This document shows, piece after piece, positions 14,354 through 27,743 of a DNA stretch of 64,000 bases (position 1 is its first letter; every line of letters starts with the position of its first letter). Under the pieces are notes generated by a model. That model did no database searches, was not told the DNA's origin, and was given only the letters and a program-made list of their open reading frames with translations. This DNA comes from Mytilus edulis (Eukaryota): contig NC_092346.1 of NCBI RefSeq assembly GCF_963676685.1, positions 82,150,001 to 82,214,000 on the forward strand, in the 5' to 3' direction. Position numbers and translations under genes: made by a program.

Positions 14354-14824
14354 TTCAGACGTACTTATATATATATATATATTTATGAAGCCCAGGTGGT
14401 CGTGTGGTCTAGCTCGCCGGTTACAGTGCAGGCGATCTGGTGTCACGATATATCAGTAGCATAGGTTCGAATCCCGGCGAGGGAAGAACAAAAAATTTGC
14501 AAAAGCAAATTTACAGATCTAACATTGTTGGGTTGACGAGTTGTATATATATATCTAATTCGTTGTCAATTTATCCCTTTTTGTTCCCATTGTATAAAAA
14601 AAAAATCAACATGTGGTTCGTTTGATCTCAGTTTTTCATTTCTTAAAATCCGATTATGGCGTCGAATTTTCTTGCTTCCTCTGAATTTCCTATTGACGGC
14701 ATGAAAAAAGGCGACCATGCCTGATGACGTTCCATAGAAAGAACACATCGTTTTACAGATCATTCGAAAAGAAGGAATAAGTTCGCCTGCATATTGTTAG
14801 AAAAACATTAGATTAGAGAAACAG

Positions 14825-14980
14825 ATGCCACCACCAAATCTCGTGTAATACGATATGTATCAACTCTCGACAGTTAAATTTAAAATATTTAAAACGCTTG
14901 GCGAGTCTCGCGTTTTTAATTTGAAAATTTTACTGTCTCGAGTGGATAAATATCGCATCACACTCGACGCAGTGGTAGAA
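14825..14980. mobile_element. Imperfect ~155-bp hairpin, MITE-like
   Basis: acagttaaatttaaaatatttaaaacgc ... gcgtttttaatttgaaaattttactgt, with flanking complementary segments. Confidence 0.6.
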
Positions 14981-16039
14981 TATATATGTGTATATGTCTC
15001 TTGAGAAACTTAGTAAAATTTCAAAATTATCAGATTTTCTTCACATAAAAAAAACAAACAAAACTTTAAATAGAAACGACACAGTTGAGTATTTTGCAAA
15101 AAATAGATAATCGATGAATATAACAGTTTGCGAAAAAGAAAAAAAAAAATGAAATAATCTTGTTTTCAAAAAGCCTCTCAATTAAAATAAAACATGAATA
15201 AAATAAAATAAGAAAATGAAAAATAAATAAATAAAATTTAAAGTCATATGCAACGAGTGAGTGGTGAAAAATAATGTTTATCCAATTCTTAAACCAATGC
15301 ATGTATATATCATAAACTTTGTCCTCTGTGCACGATTTTCCCATTTTTTACGCAAATATATCGTATAATCGTAATTTTTTTTTCTCTCTGTCTGTTTTGA
15401 TTTAAAAAAAAATATGGCTGCTCATTAAATGCCGTGTTTTGAAACCGAAGTTTACCGATTGTCACCATATAGTAAACAAATAACAAAAAACATGGGTATT
15501 GAGCACGTGTTTAACATGTACAATCAGATAATTGTTTATTTTAATGACAGATCCATGCGTTTTGCGATTACCGGATTTTTACGAGGAGGGTTTCGTTCAG
15601 GTCACTATGCATACGGAAAATATGTCGGCGAATTGCTTCCTGGAAGGAAGCAATTAAAAATAAGTAAACTTCTTCTAAATGTTGACAAATTAAAGAATTT
15701 TCCTCAGAAAAAAGTATATGTACATAAGTTGTATAATGAAAACTATCCATTTAGTTATAAAAAACATATGCATAATTTTTTTAAATTTTAGGTTTCTTAT
15801 GACTTTAACTTTGACTTTTACGGAAATATGCAATCAAGAATGCAAATTGCTTTTCAATAGGTGTATTGTTTATCTGTGTTTTCCATATATTTCCATTTTG
15901 TACTTCCACTTTTATTTATATATATGAATAATACATAAATCAAACATTTTTTCGCAATAATTTAATATCAATTCAATCGATTCATTTAACAGACAACTAA
16001 TATGACTAATGATAAAACAATGGCATTCATTTATAAAAG

Positions 16040-16750
16040 TGTATTAATAATGCGTCAAGTAGTCAATCACGTTAATAAGTCCATGTTAGTATCTGTCTTT
16101 CAGCAGCTGGGGGCTGGTGTCTATAACTGTGTATCGTCGTCCTTTTCGTTAGCAGGCTGCCCCTGCTGCATACTGGATAATGGTACATTCTGATAGTGCT
16201 TGAGTAACTCGATGATCTTTTAGATATTGGGATGTGCATGGTGAAATCTCTTCTTAATTTTGTTGTGCGAACCTTCCAGGTGGTTGGTGATGCGGGTCCT
16301 TTGGTTAATTAGTGGTTCCATAAAAAGCGGTATATATCCTTCAACCTAAGACTCTCTGCATATAAGCACTAAATGATGTTGTCGCGGGTATGTTGTCAGT
16401 TGCACCAATGTCTTCTAAAGTTGTAAGCCAAACATCCTCAACAAGGAAGGGTGGAACGAGAGACAATACCGTGCCTTGTCGTATAGTCGAGTGATGTCTT
16501 CATTTGCTTTATAGTATAACCGTAGTCCTCATTTCTGTGCCTTCCGCGAAATACACTGGATAAAGTGAAAGAAGCAGCCTTTCACAGTTACCCCTGAAAA
16601 TAGTGTCCCTGTTGCGTTATTGGTTTCTGTCTCGTAATCGATGAATACTGTTTTAAAGTGTAACTGATGAAGTTCAGCGATGTAACGTTTACGCTGAAGA
16701 AGCGTGAGTAGATGATATCGTCTTAGTAGTAGAACATACACTAGTTTGAA
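16040..16750 (-). mobile_element. Mutator-like (MULE) transposase remnant
   Basis: FIDYETETNNA...VKGCFFHFIQCISRKAQK*GL, then LVPPFLVEDVW and RITNHLEGSHNKIKKRFHHAHPNI: the MULE DFE, GCxFH and RTNNxxEGWH motifs. Disrupted. Confidence 0.85.
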
Positions 16751-19619
16751 CATAGAAGTTATTATAAATTGAAAGAAGAAAGTGTTACCTTGAATGCAGA
16801 ATACTGTTCAAAGTGTGTTATTTGTAAAGCTTGGCTACTGACGAATTGCATTTATAAAATATTTTTTAGAATAATTGTTTTTTTATATACAATTTCAGAA
16901 CAAATAAAATTGAGAATGGAAATAGGGATTGTTTCAAAGAGACAAAAACCCGACCAAAGAGCAGAAAACAGCCGAAGGCCACCAATAGGTCTTCAACACA
17001 GCGAGAAAGTCCCGCACCCGAAGGCGGGCTTCAGCTGTATTCAAGAAAGACAGTAAATAAGGTGAAACAATGCATTCAAAATCATTATGTTTTATTACAT
17101 TACTTTTACATTTTTTTCCTCAAAATTGTGTACCAACAATTTAAAAATTTTGTCGATAACTTAATAAAAAAATAATAGTTCTTTTGAATTTATTTTTTTG
17201 CATGAACCCCCTGAGGGGTTCATGCTTATATATTGGCGAATTTTGGATGTGTCTCGATATCTCTAGGCCGGAAGTCAGAATAAAATTCTCGGAACGTCTC
17301 GAAAGTTTTCGGTCATTTATACAGGTCTTTACAGGTTGTTATCTACGTCTTTGATATGGTCCCTTGATGGCCCTTGACGACGCAATTATATTTGTTTTAA
17401 AACGACCACTGTACACTGTGTGTGTATCTCGGTCAATTATAACGTGGAATTGTCTGTTGTCTCGATAACATGTAAACTAATTATGTTTGAAGATTTAACC
17501 ACGGGATACTGTGTATTTCATCATAGACTTACGGGAGAAAACATTCTGATTAAAATATTAATATTAGATCGGAAAACAGAAAGATAATACTCTTATCAAA
17601 AGTATTTAATTCAATCGGAATCAAAGAAATATAAACAAAATATATACTGTATTTATGTTTCTGAAGAAACTAACAATGATTGAAATCAGAATATTTTCAG
17701 AGTTGCAATTAAGAAATAAATATTTTATATGACAAGATACTCTGCTTTGGTATTTTTAAATATTTATTTGTAAAGGAAACATAAAAATTAAATCTTTATT
17801 GCATCCTACAAAACATTTTTATAAACAATAATCATTATATTTCTACGTTAATATTTCATACAATTTTAGTATTTAGGTTTTGTGAGTAATTCTTATTTAT
17901 TTTTTGGTATTGTAATATATCAATAACGGAAAGTAAGATACATTTATTAAATATTTAAATTTTAAACGGTCGTGAATAAAAATACTTGTGTGTTTTATTT
18001 GTTATTCTCGTGGGATTTTGTCTATGTGTGTTACATTTTAGTGTTATGTCGTTGTTATCCTCTTATATTTAATGTTTTCCCCTCGGTTTTAGTTTGTTAC
18101 CCCGATTTTGTTATTTGTCCATGTATTTATGAGTTTTGAACAGCGGTATACTACTGTTGCCTTTATTCAATTTATAAAGCATGATTTTAAATCCTTGCAG
18201 CTCACAACAACCGTAAAAATAATTGACAATAATCACAACAAAACTTAATTACAACCATAATCTTGATTATTTTATACTGTTTAAGTATGGATTTAGAAGT
18301 CTTCGCTTATATTTTGTATAGTAATATATTCGCTCAGTGGAATGTTAGAATTTAAATAGATTCATTCGATAAATAAAATGTCCATCCGTAAATACTTGAC
18401 GTTCGTGTTTATTGATATTATATATATTCAAAAGAATTTGAAAAAAAACCACTAACAAGAACGTTAGTTAATTAAAAAAAAAATATTTTGTTTCAGTAGT
18501 TTAACCTAGCTTCATGCCACAGGTTTCACCGCATACAACATCTACCATGAGTAAAGACAGCTTCAAATACGAGTTGAGAATATAAAGGCATTCATGTAGG
18601 AAACAAAATATAGAGATATGATAGATAAAATAAATGCATCCAGAATTCCAGATTATAAAGCAAACTGAGCGCATAAACTTATATTGCGATGGTTTTGTGC
18701 ATAAGTCATCCGGTTAGTAGAAATTAGGATTTGCCAAAGGGTTTTAATCGGAAAAATTATGTACATTCCCAAGTAATAAATAAAATAGTCGAGCTATTTC
18801 TTGAAATAATTAGTCAAATAGAAGCTGTAAATATATACTTTCAACTGGCTTCTTCTATTCACAGTCAGTTATTTCAACTTAAAAGCAAACACAAATTCAG
18901 CAACAATATTTTGGTGACCTGGTAGACAGCGGTCTTAGGTTCATGTATTGCTTTTTTTTTTTTTTTTTTAAAGAAAGCAACTTATTTAAATATTTGTCGA
19001 ATTCAAAACATTTTCCTAGTTAATTTATAAACTATTTTTGCACTTTCTCTATGATGTAATAGTAGAATTAGGAATCTTTCATAAATTTTACAGGTAAAAT
19101 AAAGGTAACAAATATGAATCAACTTAAATTGTTAAAACAACAAAACACCCTTTATTTTTATAAACCTGCAATTAAATGTGGGCGAACAAGGATGACACCC
19201 ATAGTTATCTTACATTAAATTGCTGGTTCTTAAAACAAAAAGTGTTTTGTTGTTTTTTATTATTATTATAGTTTATTTCTGATATTTATTTTTTACCTGT
19301 TTATTTTTTACCTCTGAAGTTTTGTAAAGGATACAACATCCTACTATTAAATTAAGGAAATTTAATAATGGGCAAAATATCTTATACATTCACCAGAAAA
19401 AATGAATTGAATTTGAAAAATATTAATAACAAAATAAACAGACACAGAAATTATTTTGACAAAATATAAAAAAATTCTGAAAAAATAGAAGAAGTCAAAT
19501 AATGCAACTCTAGAATAAAATGAGTGCCATTTAAAGTTAATTTTCATTTATAACAAAAATTAAATTTTGACAGAATTATTGAATTCAATAATCGAGGTAG
19601 CTAGTTTTAAAGCAATTGT

Positions 19620-21069
19620 TATTGATAATTCCTGACTCTTTTGAGAGATGCTTGGCTTCTTACGCTCTAATATATTGATAAAGCCGACAATGTACCCCCT
19701 ACAACAACTTTAACCGATAACTTGATATATTTTAGGGTTGAAGGATATATGACGCTGACTCGTTCAATGGCTCCTAAATTCTCTCTTTAAATGGTCACTT
19801 CAACATTCTTGTACCTACATATGATATTTTGTGTCCATCGTATATTATGACCTTAATTTTGGTCTACTCTTTCCTATCATCTTAAAACAACAATGTACGA
19901 AACAATTTTTCTGATATGATATTTTCCTGAGCTCCTGCATCAAATGTAAAATCTACAGACTGTTAGTTAATATACATAGATTCCTTTAATTCCACACACT
20001 GTTGGATACTTCCAACACTTACAGTTCCAATAAAATGTTCATTTTCTCTGTCATAGAAATTGTTATCATACTGAATTGCATCTACTTTTTTCTGTTTTGA
20101 CATGCAATATTTAGCAAAGTGGTGATTTGTTTTGCATGCGCACATTCTTTGTCTAACGCTGGCTTTCCTTTTACAATGTGTTCTTCCACAATTTGTAAAA
20201 AGAGACCGTCGTACAGCATGCACAGGTCTTTGATTTTTGTGATTTTCATTTTGCTAAATCTAGTTTAGCTGACATGTTTTACAGCGTTTTTTCTGTAGAT
20301 TATAATGATTTTAGCTGCTGTGACCTTATCTGATGTGCATGACAAATGTATTTTGCTATTAATAATGTCAAATCTACTTCCCGTAGAAACCAGGCTTATA
20401 TACAAAACAATATGAATCCTTATTAAGCCTCCAGAATAATGTTCAACCTTACATGGTTTAGCTTTATTTTTTAAATCTTAGACGTAACTGTCTATGTGTT
20501 CAATCACTTGACGTTAATCAACAAACAATCAATCAATGTTTTCATGTTGTTCTTGGTTTCAGGTAGAGAAAAGATGACCAATATTCGTGAGATTCTTTCT
20601 CGGCACACAGTAATCTAATCCTTGAACTAAGCTTTCAGTACATCAATTGTTTGTTTTTCATCCAGCACAATGTCAAACGTATTGTAAACACGTTGTGCTT
20701 CAGAGCTTTCGACATGCAGAAAAGTAGCCACTTGCTCCTTCTCTGACTTTTCTTCGATTCCTCTTGCGGTTAGATAAAGGTCGAATTATTCAATCCATTC
20801 TTTATAGTTTACGGTTAAATTTCCTTCCAAATCAAGTGTTCCTGGAGGCTTTGGTTGCTCCATTATTCAAGTTTTACATCTGACAACATGTGGTGTACGT
20901 CAATAGGACAACATATTTGACTGACTAACAAGAAGCTGTCAGAGTGACAGCAAACCGGATTTTCCTGCAGAGGTCGAACAGTTGAGCAAGTATGGACACA
21001 ACATCTAAGCTTAAAATAGCTCTGAATTTGAATTGTGATTGATATTTGACACAGCATAGGTTTGGAACA
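19620..21069 (-). mobile_element. Degenerate Ty3/Gypsy element: candidate 5' LTR, PBS, gag, protease
   Basis: ATG at 20863 reads MEQPKPPGTLDLEGNLTVNYKEWIE*FDLYLTARGIEEKSEKEQVATFLHV, then YCVPRKN, a Zn-knuckle-like CACKTNHHFAKYC, and protease-like FTFDAGAQENII near 19920-19955. PBS-like TGTTGTCAGATGT follows ...CACA at 20889. Boundaries approximate. Confidence 0.8.
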
Positions 21070-21454
21070 CAAACTGAATGTGGTCATAGAACTGAAAAAA
21101 TTGAAATTGGGCATTTACTTAATATGGTCCAATATCTAAAATATGAATATGTTGTTAGAATCAGCATATCAAAGAACCCCAAGAATTCGTTTTTTTTTAA
21201 ATCAAACAAACGTGTCATTTAGACCTCAATGTGGTAGTATCTAATTAATATCGAAAATAAATACAGGTTTAGATTCAGCATTTCAAAGTACCCTATATAT
21301 ATTCAATCTATGTTGGAATCAAACACAGTTTAATTTTGGACCCCGATTTGGACCAACTTGAAATCTGGGCTCAAAATCAGAATTCTAAATATATGTTTAT
21401 TAATGGACAATATAAGCTTAGTTTTGAAAGGAGTTTGCTTCATCAAATATATAG

Positions 21455-21962
21455 CGTTCGAATCCCGGCGAGGGAAGAACAAAAAATTTGCGAAAGCAAA
21501 TTTACAGATCTAACATTGTTTGGTTGATGTTTAAATGAGTTGTATATACATAATGTACACAGCCATGTATCACCATCATGCTGGTGATCCGATTGATAAA
21601 TCTGTTGTAGAGTTGTCACTGATTCATACGTACTTATAATTATAATTATTTCTGTGACTGTATCTTACATTAATTTGTAGGATCCTTAACTATAGATAAT
21701 TTAGCTGATCTGTAAAAATAACATTGTCATGCCTTATATATCATGTAGTACGACGAATGATTAAAAACTGACGTGGAAATCTAACACCCGGCCACCGAAA
21801 GCTTTATTTTTATGAAGCCCAGGTGCTCGTGTGATCTAGCGCGCCGGTTACAGTGCAGGCGATTTGGTGTCACGATATCTCAGTAGTATGGACTCGAATT
21901 CCGGCGAGGGAAGAAAAAAAAATTTGCTTCGATCTAACATTGTTGGGTTGATGTTTAGACGA
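21455..21962 (+). repeat. Dispersed repeat with an internal tRNA-like segment and terminal redundancy
   Basis: tcgaatcccggcgagggaagaa...gatctaacattg occurs at both ends. Related pieces at 14160-14545 (+) and 14057-14157 (-). Confidence 0.75.
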
Positions 21963-24439
21963 CGTTCATCCTATATTGACTCTTAAAATTCAATAGTCTA
22001 TCTAAAAATGAGGGTACTTTTTATTTGGCCTTCCAAATACCGTTTCGATCCCTAACATCACTGAAGAGACATTTATTGTCGAAATCCGGATCTGCTGTAC
22101 TAAAAAAATATTGACACCGTATGTTAGTGGCATAACATCGTGGCCACAAGTTACTTTTTTTCTGTTTAGTATTAAATTTATATTAAGATCCATTTTGTTA
22201 CATCTTGTGATCAATTTTATTTGGCAATCGCCAATGGCAGTCAGCAGGGTTAAAGAACATCAGTTGTTCGACCTGTTAGTCAAATGCGTTTTGTTTAAAT
22301 ATACTTTTTCACTTTTTTGGTCTTTTGGAAAATGTTGTTTGTGCTGTTTTAGACCCTTCTACAACGAAATTTGTTTTCCATGCACACGTATAAAAATTGC
22401 GGTTTTTATCCAACGCAATCATAGGTTTGAACGTAGTTTTCAATTTAGACTCGTATATATATATATAGCATTCAGAAAAGTAGTTTAAACAGAATTTAAA
22501 AAACAGAATCCATATAACTAAATTACTGGTTCATGAAAATAAGTTTTGAGTTATTTCCCTTTGAACATCAAATGTTCAACTAATAAAGCAAAAATACTTC
22601 TCTAAACTTAGATATGATATAGTTCTCTACAATTAGATATGATGATGTGACACAATGTATATCTATTTTCAAATAAAGATCAAATATGATTAATAGATCC
22701 AAATATCTTATCTTTCCTTTGTCACAAACTAATATAGATCTGCAAGTTATCTATCTATGTAATGCAATGGAATATATCCTTTCATAACAATAGATTAGTA
22801 TCTCATTAAAGGAGTTCACTTCATCACATATATATATATATATATATAGCATTCAGAAAAGTAGTTTAAACAGAATAAGAAACATACCTACCACACATTT
22901 CTTCAAAAAATTTACAAAAGAAAAGAAAAGGCAAAATGTATAATAATAAACAGTAAATTTCAAACTATATTTATACAGTCCTAAATATACAGAGCTTGTC
23001 ATAAAAAACACTAGGGAAACACAAATGAATCTGTCACTCCAATTATATTTGTGATTGATAATTACCACATGCTTATCTTAAAAATCAAACTTTATATCTT
23101 TCATTTGTCACAAACTAATATCTGAAACTTATCTATCAATGACAAAAGATTTTTGTTATATGTATTTGATTTATTGCCCATATAAGTATACATAAGTATT
23201 TCAATAATTGAATTCTTGGGAAAGGTCTAATAACGCAACAACGGGAAAGGATAAAATCGTGAAAATTGAACTTGACCTTCATTTAGTCACAGGAAACAAC
23301 ATATCTTAATTTGAAAAAAATTCTTACACGCGTTTTCATGTTAATGAACGGACACTGTTACGCAGCCGCCCGCCGTATTCCCAAATCAATAACCAATTTT
23401 GCTTTCGAAAATCCGGTTAAAAATGCTTTAATGTCTCAGGGGGCTGTAATACTTCTTCTTATTTGTATAAGCTTCCTGTAGACAGGAACACCTCAAATAA
23501 TATTAGGGTATAAGTGTAATTTGGTGATTTAGAAATGTTTTGTGTCAAACAACCATGTACAGCACACTATGTAGATGGTTTTAGTATATTCATTTAATGA
23601 ATGTGACTTCAAAAGTTATATATACAGTTTTGGCTTTATTTTGTTTAATATTACAAACCTAGCTTATTTACATGTACATGTATGTGTATTATGTATGGCA
23701 ACAGCAATAGTATTATAAAAATAAGAGATACTCATAAGGGTTTGAATTACATAAAGAGTTTATGTTTTTTTTGTAAGTATGCATGTGTTGATAACTTAAA
23801 AAGCAGCTTTGGCTGATAATATATATTGGAATTGGTCTTGACTTCTTAAAATAGTGTTCAATGATTAACATTTAAAATATATCTCTTTCATTACCTACTG
23901 TTTAAGAATATGATTATACTCAATATGGCAAAAAATAAAATTATAATAAAATTATTCAAAATGTATATCGAATATTAAGATAATGTTGTGCCATATTTTA
24001 AAACATTTGACCTCTTTTAAAATACGCAGGATATCAAAAATAATACCTAGTTATTCATAGAAAGTTAAAAAAAAAAAAAAAAAAAAAATAAAACACCAAA
24101 CATTTATCCTCATATCAAATAGAGAATATTAATGGTTTAAACTTTCTCTGTTTCACTTGGCCATTTGAATCAATGAAACTCTTATTACTGATATTGCATC
24201 CTAATTTATAGTTCATTGATATTATCGTGCTTGTAAACGGGTGGTTTGCGATTCTTCATGAAAATATTCTCGAAATATAAAATTCTAGGTCCACATTCGT
24301 ATTCACTTTTTCATGAATACGTAATATTAGCTTTTATTTCAAAACTATTCATTAGTATATCTGTCACTATGTATAAATTCACATTAACATATCATTTGTT
24401 GTTTAATGCAACTCATAATTCTATTCTCTTGACATGAAG

Positions 24440-24870
24440 TTGGTATAATAGGTTTTATACTTTTTCCTCTATCTTGGTTACGAGTTCACTGCTTATGTTG
24501 AAAATTCCTTTGAAATAGTTACAATCCAGTAGCAAACGGGTTATTTCCATCTTGTTACAACAGAATGTATTCCTGTTAGTTGGGTCAATAATATCATATT
24601 TCCTTTTGTCATCTCTATATAGTATTTCTATTTATACTGAGCACTGGACATAATGTAACCATATGCACTATGTCTTAATTTTCTGTATGGCACAATTGAC
24701 ATAACGGTTCTGCTATAAAGTGTGTAAACTTGTGTTTTTCTGAATGTAATATACATGATCAAGTTGTCATTCTGGCCTTGATAATAGCTTTTCTTAGCTC
24801 AAGTCTTGGTTGGTTTTTCAAATTTCAGACTTGTACAGTTTGTCCAATTTCTAGGCTTTCTATGTTTATA
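24440..24870 (-). mobile_element. Non-LTR retrotransposon ORF2 C-terminal remnant
   Basis: PLCQLCHTEN*DIVHMVTLCPVL (C-x2-C...H...C zinc motif) and ITRLLLDC; broken frames. Confidence 0.6.
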
Positions 24871-24995
24871 TATTTTTGACTGGTTTTATTGATGGCTTCA
24901 GATTTTAATTTAGCGTTCCAAAATAGATTTATTTAAAATACATAATGCAAGCATAAAGATAAAGACAAGACATGACACTAACCCTTCTCACTTAC

Positions 24996-25130
24996 CTTTG
25001 TTATGGATTGAAACATCCTTTTTGTATTCGTATCATCGTTATTGGCAACGACGAAATCCCTCTTTAAAATCAAAGTCATCAATAATCCAACGATTAAACA
25101 TGACAGGAATATTTTCGTACCAGTCTTCAT
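24996..25130 (-). CDS. First coding exon with signal peptide/anchor, likely the start of the METTL24-like gene
   Basis: Acceptor aaatttcag|gaagATG. Reads MKTGTKIFLSCLIVGLLMTLILKRDFVVANNDDTNTKRMFQSITK. Consensus donor AAG|gtaagt, phase 0, compatible with the 13559 and 12911 exons. Confidence 0.65.
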
Positions 25131-25411
25131 CTTCCTGAAATTTCAAAGTAATATCTTATTATCAATATTTTTTTGTACTTTTGTGTTCATTTTCCTATGG
25201 TATTATCTGTTCATACTAGATTCCATTGGTATTTTGGATTTCAATATGGAATAACTAGGAATACAGATAAACAAATCAAATGGCATAGGGTTGAGGGCAT
25301 GTCTTTTAAAATTAAATCATCAACACTGACTTTTTGTGAGATTTGTATTTTATAGTTGTTGTCTCTAAAACGTTTCCTTGTACCGTATTGTTATTCTTAT
25401 TAACAATATCA

Positions 25412-25955
25412 CAAAAACCAGTTGTTGGCATGACATGGGTTATGTTCTTCTCATATATGTTATGATGGTATGATACTAAACCCCTCATGGGAAGGATTGT
25501 GCCTGATATTCATATGATGAAGACATAATCTTTCAATTTAATTGAAGTCTGAAGCTGGCATGTCAGTTACCTGCTAGTAGACTGATGTTATTTATGTATT
25601 ATTGTCATTTTGTTTATTTTCTTTGGTTACATCTTCTGACATCAGACTCCGACTTCTTTTGAACTGAATTTTAATGTGCGTATTGTTATTCGTTTACTTT
25701 TCTGCATTTGGTAAGCGGTATAGGGGGAGGGTTGAGATCTCATAAACATGTTTAACCCCGCCGCATTTTTGCGCCTGTCCCATGTCCGGAGCCTCTGGCC
25801 TTTGTTAGTCTTGTATTATTTTTAATTTTAATTTCTTGTATACAATTTGGAGTTTAGTATGGCGTTCATTATCACTGAACTAGTATATATATTTGTTTAG
25901 GGGCCAGCTGAAGGACGCCTCCGGGTGCGGGAATTTCTCGCTGCATTGAAAACCT
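25412..25955 (+). repeat. High-copy interspersed repeat family
   Basis: Core ggggccagctgaaggacgcctccgggtgcgggaat recurs at about 39750-39945 and 61046-61347 (+), and at 7310-7475, 16900-17040 and 62103-62440 (-). Confidence 0.85.
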
Positions 25956-26532
25956 TTCTTTTAAGTTTGTTTGGGGTTTGAGCGATCGCGATGAAGGTAA
26001 ATCAAGAAAAGCTTAAATATAAATCAAATGCATACAAATTTTTACATCCAGGGTGTTACACGAATTGAAAATAAAGGTTAAATATGCTTTAAGCAGTGAA
26101 GCCCAATTTCCGTCTTCCGAATGTACTATCTTGTATATCCATTTGATCTGTATAGACTGTATATATGCTTCAATATCATTTATCCCTCTTAATAATTATA
26201 ACAAAGAACTGATCAGTTTTGCTCAGTAATCGGAATACTGTTTAAAAGACGGCTATCAAACCACATGAGAACCGTTTAGAGAGCTTTCTCAACTTGTTCT
26301 AAATCTGTCGCATTTTCTGTATAGTTTGTATGCATTGCTCCTGTTAATAGTGTGTCCTACAATAAACATGAGGATTGTGACATAACGTTCTTATTAAATA
26401 TAGGAATGGATTCTTTAAAATATCGGATATGCCTTCTTGCTGTTATATAAGCATCGAACAATCGTTTAAATAAAATATAACAATGATGATGACCAATCTA
26501 GGTACTAAAGTATTTCATTACTTTTCCGTTAA

Positions 26533-27071
26533 GGAGTCTCGAAAAAAAATGAAATATTTGTTGAAATATTTTATTTATTACACTATTAGTTGTTACTTTA
26601 TAATATGGTACAAAAATTAACCCCAAAAAATCAATTCTTTTTGGCCCCAGATGACTTTTAAAATGTTTATATCATTGAAAAAGCTCCAAATTATCTCCTT
26701 TTGGTGAAAACATGCCATTGTTTTGCATAAAAATTGAAATAACTTTTTTGACGCATCGGTGACCTATATTTGTTATTATTTTTTTCTAATGAACTGTACT
26801 TAATCTAAACTACTTTAAAATTTAAGCGATTTCTGTAATTTAATTTTTTTTTTTATTTCGATTTTTGCCTTTTTCTTTTATTAGTTCAACAGAAAAAAAG
26901 TACCTTAACAGAAATGCATGCTTCTTTCAAAAGCAGATTGTCAGCTTAAATGAACGGTGACCCCATATTTTTATTCAATTTTCCTTTTAAGTATAGGATA
27001 AAGTTTATTTATAGAAAAAAATAGCGAAAACCTATATTTGAAAAAAAAATGATTTAGACCCGCGAGCCCCC
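26533..27071. mobile_element. Kolobok-like MITE
   Basis: TTAA at 26529-26532 and 27072-27075 flanks imperfect termini GGAGTCTCG...CGAGCCCCC. TTAA TSD with purine (GG) termini fits Kolobok. Confidence 0.6.
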
Positions 27072-27743
27072 TTAAATAAATTAACTGTAGTGAAGAGGCT
27101 TTTAAAGATAGTCCCAGCTTTTTCAATATCTGTTGAACCAGATATATAATAAATATAAACAAAACGACAATTTCACACAGGTCTCTTTAATTGTTTTTAC
27201 GATACAATACAATTTATTCGAATCAAAGATACAAAATTGTAATGGATGTGTAATTATCGTTTGGTCATAAAAAGTAAATTACATTTGACTTACTCATAGA
27301 AACGTATTTATTAACTGAACTCACAGCTCACAACAACTTCATTTTAACTCTAGTGGATAGTTGGCTCATTGGTAACCGTACCAAATCTCATTTTAACTCT
27401 AGCGGATAGTTGCCTCATTGGTAATTCCTATTGGTTATCTTACCACATCTAATTTTAATCATAAAAATTGCAAATTTATTTTGAGCGATAGGTTAAAAGA
27501 TTTGAAATAGAGCGAAATATATATTTCCTTTACATTGCGACTGGGCAAAAGGAGACAATCGTACATGTAAAACATTTGAATTTGGTTTGGTGTCCAGTTT
27601 TGTTAATTATCAGTAATTATCAATTACACGGAATACCAAAGGAAAAGGGTCATATACAAACATTTATATAATTGCCTTAACATAAAAATTTGAGACGTCA
27701 AATTTACAACTTTTCTAAGTTTTAAAGAATTCAATTTTCAAAA

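Noticed and set aside
15429-15791. 120-aa ORF
   Set aside because: No recognisable motif or splice support; it lies among repeat-derived sequence.
17200-17225. Hairpin gcatgaacccc-ctga-ggggttcatgc as a terminator
   Set aside because: Eukaryotic context; more likely a terminal hairpin of a Helitron/Helentron-type element whose other end I could not define.
22454-23137. Diverged ~385-bp local duplication next to (TA)n
   Set aside because: Only short blocks match; an ordinary local duplication with no sign of function.
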